DNA of 64,000 nucleotides, taken from contig JBAZFB010000007.1 of NCBI GenBank assembly GCA_041653595.1, positions 18,527 to 82,526 of the forward strand, read 5' to 3'. The translations under genes were made by a program, and so were the position numbers. This stretch comes from Candidatus Omnitrophota bacterium. Lineage in GTDB: Bacteria > Omnitrophota > Gorgyraeia > Pluralincolimonadales > Pluralincolimonadaceae. The first letter of the stretch is position 1, and each line of letters opens with the position of its first letter. Below are positions 60,237 through 64,000 of the stretch, in pieces. The notes below the pieces were generated by a model. It saw only the letters and a program-made list of their open reading frames with translations, was not told where the DNA came from and did no database searches.

Positions 60237-60752
60237 TTATTCCTCTTCCTCCTTTATTGTTTTTGGTTTCTCCCTTGATTCCGTCTCCATCGCTATCTTT
60301 CCCGTGCGGACTATCTCCTTGATACCGAACTGCCTCAAGAGCTCGATGAGGTCATCTATGTGCGAGGTCTCGCCCACAGCCTCTATAGTTATCGTATGCA
60401 GGCCGAGGTCCGCGACGTTCGCTTTCATCGTCTCGGCGATCTCGATTATCTTAGTGCGATCGTTCTGGGCGCGGATGCCGACTTTTATCAATATCAGTTC
60501 GCGGTCGATGAATTTCGTCTTCGTCAGGTCGGTGACCGTGATGACATCGATCAACTTGTTCAGCTGCTTCTTGATCTGTTCGAGTGTCCGCTCGTCGCCC
60601 TCGGCGACTATCGTCATCCTCGAAACGCTCGGGTCCTCGGTCTCGCCGACCGCGAGCGAATCTATGTTGAATCCGCGCGCCGAAAAAAGGCCGGATATGC
60701 GCGCGAGGACTCCCGGGTGGTTCTCGACAAGCACCGATATTGTCTGTCTCAT
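60237..60752 (-). CDS. ilvN: acetolactate synthase small (regulatory) subunit, ACT domain
   Basis: [29 protein letters not shown] signature, 171 aa. Between ilvB and ilvC. Confidence 0.9.
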   Translation of the reverse strand: MRQTISVLVENHPGVLARISGLFSARGFNIDSLAVGETEDPSVSRMTIVAEGDERTLEQIKKQLNKLIDVITVTDLTKTKFIDRELILIKVGIRAQNDRTKIIEIAETMKANVADLGLHTITIEAVGETSHIDDLIELLRQFGIKEIVRTGKIAMETESREKPKTIKEEEE

Positions 60753-62422
60753 GCCATGCTCCCTATCATATCATCGAGGCGTTTACCGGCCGGGACCATC
60801 GGGTAAACATTCTCCTCCGGCTCGACTATAAAGTCCATGACGACGGTGTTCTTTGTGCGCATCGCCTTTTCTATCGCGGGACGGACCTCTTCTTTTTTGC
60901 TGATCCGTATCCCGACCGCGCCATACGCCTCGGCTATCTTGACAAAGTCCGGGTTCTCGAGCTTCGTATGGGAATACCTCTTCCCGTAGAAGAGCTCCTG
61001 CCACTGGCGGACCATGCCGAGATACGAGTTATTGAGTATCGCTATCTTGATGTCTATCTTGTTGACGACCGCGGTCGCGAGTTCCTGTATGTTCATCTGT
61101 ATCGACCCGTCGCCGCTTATGACGAAAACCTCTGAACCGGGCTTGCCGACTTTCGCTCCTATTCCCGCGGGAAAGCCGTAGCCCATCGTCCCGAGCCCGC
61201 CGCTTGAGAGCAGCTCGCGCGGACGCATGAAATTATACCACTGCGCCGTCCACATCTGGTGCTGGCCGACGTCGGTGGCGATTATCGCCTCTCCCTTCGT
61301 CGCCTCGCAGATCTGCTGGATGACATACTGCGGGCGGAGCCTGTCGTCCATCTTGTAATTGAGCGGATGTTTCTGCTTCCACTCGAGGATCTTCTCGGTC
61401 CACTCTTTGTCGTGCGGCCTGTGGACTATCTTCAAGAATTCTTCCAGGACGCACTTGACGTCCCCGACTATCGGGACATCGACCGCCACGCTCTTGGATA
61501 TTGCCGACGGGTCGATGTCTATATGGATCACCTTCGCGTGCGGGGCGAACTCGTCTATCTTCCCGGTAACGCGGTCATCGAACCGCGCGCCTATCGCTAT
61601 AAGGAGGTCGCAGTTCTGGACAGCATGGTTCGCGTATCCGGTCCCGTGCATGCCGAGCATGCCGAGCGATAATTCGTGGTTACCGGGGAACGAGCCCAAA
61701 CCGAGCAATGTCATCGTGACCGGGGAATTTATCTTCTCGGCGAACTCTTTCAATTCTTTCGCCGCGCCTGAGAGGATGACCCCGCCGCCCGCGTATATGA
61801 CGGGACGTTTCGATTCCGAGACCATCTTGACCGCCCTCTTGATCTGCCCGGGATGCCCGCAATACGTCGGCTTGTAGCCGCGGACGCTGACCTTCTCCGG
61901 ATAATGGAACTCGGTCTCGGCCAACTGGACATCGGACGGCAGGTCTATGAGGACAGGCCCCGGTCTTCCGGTCGAGGCTATATGGAACGCCTCCTTGACC
62001 GTCCGCGCGAGGTCTTTGACGTCCTTGACGAGGTAATTATGCTTGGTTATCGGGCGCGTGATGCCGATAATATCGGCCTCCTGGAACGCGTCGTTCCCGA
62101 TCATGAACGTCTTGACCTGCCCGGTTATCGCGACCATAGGTATCGAATCCATATACGCGGTCGCTATTCCTGTGACGAGGTTCGTGGCGCCCGGGCCTGA
62201 TGTCGCTATGCAGACGCCGGGTTTGCCGGTCGCGCGCGCGTAGCCGTCGGCGGCGTGCGCCGCTCCCTGCTCGTGCCTGACCAAATAAAATTTCAAGTCA
62301 GAGTGATATAAGGCGTCAAAGAGCGGCAATGCCTGCCCGCCGGGATAGCCGAATATCGCCCCGACATTCTCTTTTTTGAGCGATTCAACCAATATCCTCG
62401 CCCCGTTCATTTTAGTTGTCAT
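60749..62422 (-). CDS. ilvB: acetolactate synthase large subunit (ThDP-dependent)
   Basis: ThDP-binding motif [14 protein letters not shown] and FAD/central domains, 557 aa. Confidence 0.95.
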   Translation of the reverse strand: MTTKMNGARILVESLKKENVGAIFGYPGGQALPLFDALYHSDLKFYLVRHEQGAAHAADGYARATGKPGVCIATSGPGATNLVTGIATAYMDSIPMVAITGQVKTFMIGNDAFQEADIIGITRPITKHNYLVKDVKDLARTVKEAFHIASTGRPGPVLIDLPSDVQLAETEFHYPEKVSVRGYKPTYCGHPGQIKRAVKMVSESKRPVIYAGGGVILSGAAKELKEFAEKINSPVTMTLLGLGSFPGNHELSLGMLGMHGTGYANHAVQNCDLLIAIGARFDDRVTGKIDEFAPHAKVIHIDIDPSAISKSVAVDVPIVGDVKCVLEEFLKIVHRPHDKEWTEKILEWKQKHPLNYKMDDRLRPQYVIQQICEATKGEAIIATDVGQHQMWTAQWYNFMRPRELLSSGGLGTMGYGFPAGIGAKVGKPGSEVFVISGDGSIQMNIQELATAVVNKIDIKIAILNNSYLGMVRQWQELFYGKRYSHTKLENPDFVKIAEAYGAVGIRISKKEEVRPAIEKAMRTKNTVVMDFIVEPEENVYPMVPAGKRLDDMIGSMA

Positions 62423-62429
62423 TTAATCA

Positions 62430-64000
62430 TTAACCTTTCATAACGGCGCCGGTGCTCGCAGATGTGACGAGTTTCGCGTAACGCGCGAGGTAGCCCGTCG
62501 TTATCTTCGGCTTATGCGCCTTGATCGATCTCATCCGTTTAGTCAATTCGGCCTTCGAGATCTTCAGTTCCAGTTTCCTCTTGTTGATGTCGATCTCGAT
62601 CGTGTCGCCGTCCCTGATCGCGGCGAGAGGCCCGCCCTCGGCCGCCTCAGGCGCTATATGCCCGATGCACGGCCCCTGTGTGCCGCCGGAGAATCTTCCG
62701 TCTGTGATCAAAGCGACTTTATCGGCTAATCCCATACCGACGATGGCCGCGGTCGGGGATAACATCTCCCTCATGCCCGGCCCGCCCTTGGGGCCTTCAT
62801 AGCGGATGACAACGCAGTCGCCTGCGGTTATCTTCCTGTCCATGATAGCCTTCATCGCGTCTTCCTCGGAATTAAAACATTTCGCCTTGCCGGTGAAATG
62901 CTTTATCTTCTCCTGAACGGCGCTCTGCTTGACTACGGCACCGTCCGGGGCAATATTGCCCTTCAGGACGGCTATACCTCCTTCTTTATGGTAAGGCCTG
63001 TTAAGCGGCCTGATGACCTCTTCATCGTCTATGCGCGCGGCGTCGGCGATCTGGTAGATCGTCCTGCCGCTGACCGTCGGGAGGTTGCTCAATTCCGGCT
63101 TAAGCCTCTTCAAGACCGCGGGAATGCCGCCCGCGAACTCGAGGTCTTCCATAAAATATTTGCCCGACGGCAAAATATCCGAGATATGCGGCGTCTGCCT
63201 GCTTATTTTATCGAAGATATCGAGCGGCATTTTTATGCCCAGCTCATGCGCGATAGCCGTCACATGCAAAACCGTGTTCGTCGACCCGCCGAGCGCCATA
63301 TCGACGCGCAGCGCGTTCTCGAACGCCCTCGGAGTCAATATCTTTCTGGGTGTTATATCCTTTTTAACAAGCTCGACGATACGCTCGCCGCTTAAATAAG
63401 CGATTCTTTCCCTCTTCGCCGATGCCGCGAGGGCAGTAGCCCCGCCCGTCATAGCGATGCCAAGCGCCTCGGAAAGGCAGCTCATCGTATTCGCGGTATA
63501 AAGCCCCTGGCAGGCGCCTGCGCCCGGGCAAGCGTTGCACTCGAGTTCTTCGAGCTCTTCTCTTGTGATCTCTCCTGCCCTGTGCCTTCCGACCGCCTCG
63601 AACGTATCCTTGACGAGCGAGAGGCGTTTTAACCCCGAACGGCCAGAAAGCATCGGCCCGCCGGTGACGACGATAGCCGGGATATTCATCCTGCACGCCG
63701 CCATCATCATTCCCGGGGTGATCTTGTCGCAATTTGTAAGCAAAATAAGCCCGTCCAAGGCATGGGCTGTCGTGACCATCTCGACCGAATCGGCAATAAG
63801 CTCCCTCAGCGGAAGCGAGCAATGCATGCCCAAATGGCCCATGGCGATGCCGTCGCAGATAGCGGGTATTCCGAAGACAAAGGCTGTGCCGCCTGCCGCG
63901 TAAATGCCGTGCTCGATCGAGCGCTCAAGCTCGCGTAAATGGATATGGCCGGGAACGAGGTCAGTAAAACTGGAGGCTATGCCGATGAACGGCCGCTCCA
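62430..64000 (-). CDS. ilvD: dihydroxy-acid dehydratase, C-terminal ~520 aa; the N-terminus lies beyond the window end
   Basis: The track ORF starts at an internal Met. Manual minus-strand translation from 64000 stays open and reads [29 protein letters not shown]...[15 protein letters not shown], matching the IlvD N-terminal region. C-terminal ILVD_EDD signature present. Confidence 0.9.
   Translation of the reverse strand, partial: ERPFIGIASSFTDLVPGHIHLRELERSIEHGIYAAGGTAFVFGIPAICDGIAMGHLGMHCSLPLRELIADSVEMVTTAHALDGLILLTNCDKITPGMMMAACRMNIPAIVVTGGPMLSGRSGLKRLSLVKDTFEAVGRHRAGEITREELEELECNACPGAGACQGLYTANTMSCLSEALGIAMTGGATALAASAKRERIAYLSGERIVELVKKDITPRKILTPRAFENALRVDMALGGSTNTVLHVTAIAHELGIKMPLDIFDKISRQTPHISDILPSGKYFMEDLEFAGGIPAVLKRLKPELSNLPTVSGRTIYQIADAARIDDEEVIRPLNRPYHKEGGIAVLKGNIAPDGAVVKQSAVQEKIKHFTGKAKCFNSEEDAMKAIMDRKITAGDCVVIRYEGPKGGPGMREMLSPTAAIVGMGLADKVALITDGRFSGGTQGPCIGHIAPEAAEGGPLAAIRDGDTIEIDINKRKLELKISKAELTKRMRSIKAHKPKITTGYLARYAKLVTSASTGAVMKG

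Overview
The 64 kb window is moderately GC-rich (roughly 55%) and comes from a diderm bacterium; I cannot assign a lineage from sequence alone. All ~61 protein-coding genes I can support lie on the minus strand. The long plus-strand ORFs in the track are antisense shadows. The ORF track also labels GTG/TTG starts as M, so several N-termini were trimmed to an ATG with a Shine-Dalgarno or a stop/start overlap. Reading the minus strand from high to low coordinates, the content is: (1) ilvD (partial)-ilvB-ilvN-ilvC-leuA, then aroE-pilD-aroC-aroK with a prepilin peptidase embedded in the shikimate genes. (2) dprA, a topoisomerase I carrying an in-frame N-terminal ThiS-like ubiquitin-fold domain, and xerC. 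(3) A large LPS inner-core and lipid A locus: waaA-lpxK, an LpxL-family acyltransferase fused to an ELM1-family domain, a GT4-GT9 fusion, GT4, a CE4 deacetylase, three tandem GT9 heptosyltransferases, hldD, a heptose kinase, and kdsB-pyrG-kdsA-kdsD-kdsC. (4) A ten-gene T2SS/T4P-like cluster (gspE/pilB, gspF/pilC, major pseudopilin, three minor pseudopilins, a PilM-PilN fusion, PilO, PilP) plus lpxL. This cluster is inserted exactly where kdsC normally abuts lptC-lptA-lptB. It has no secretin, no GspH and no retraction ATPase. (5) lptC/A, lptB, then hpf with no rpoN between them, then tig-clpP-lon without clpX. (6) A class V aminotransferase, a His-rich putative metal transporter, serA, purA, the H+-pyrophosphatase, and the DUF47/Pit pair. 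(7) A secreted hypothetical protein, a peptidoglycan-binding protein and a coiled-coil OmpA-like lipoprotein. (8) A lysine-rich DUF4912 protein next to a GH57 branching enzyme. (9) uppS-cdsA-dxr-rseP-ispG (partial). No rRNA, tRNA, CRISPR array or clear mobile element was found. Candidate promoters and hairpins are listed. The top follow-up candidates are the secretin-less T2SS-like cluster inside the kdsDC-lptCAB locus, the LpxL-ELM1 and ThiS-TopA fusions, and the structured intergenic RNAs (hpf leader, pseudopilin leader, aroC-aroK spacer).
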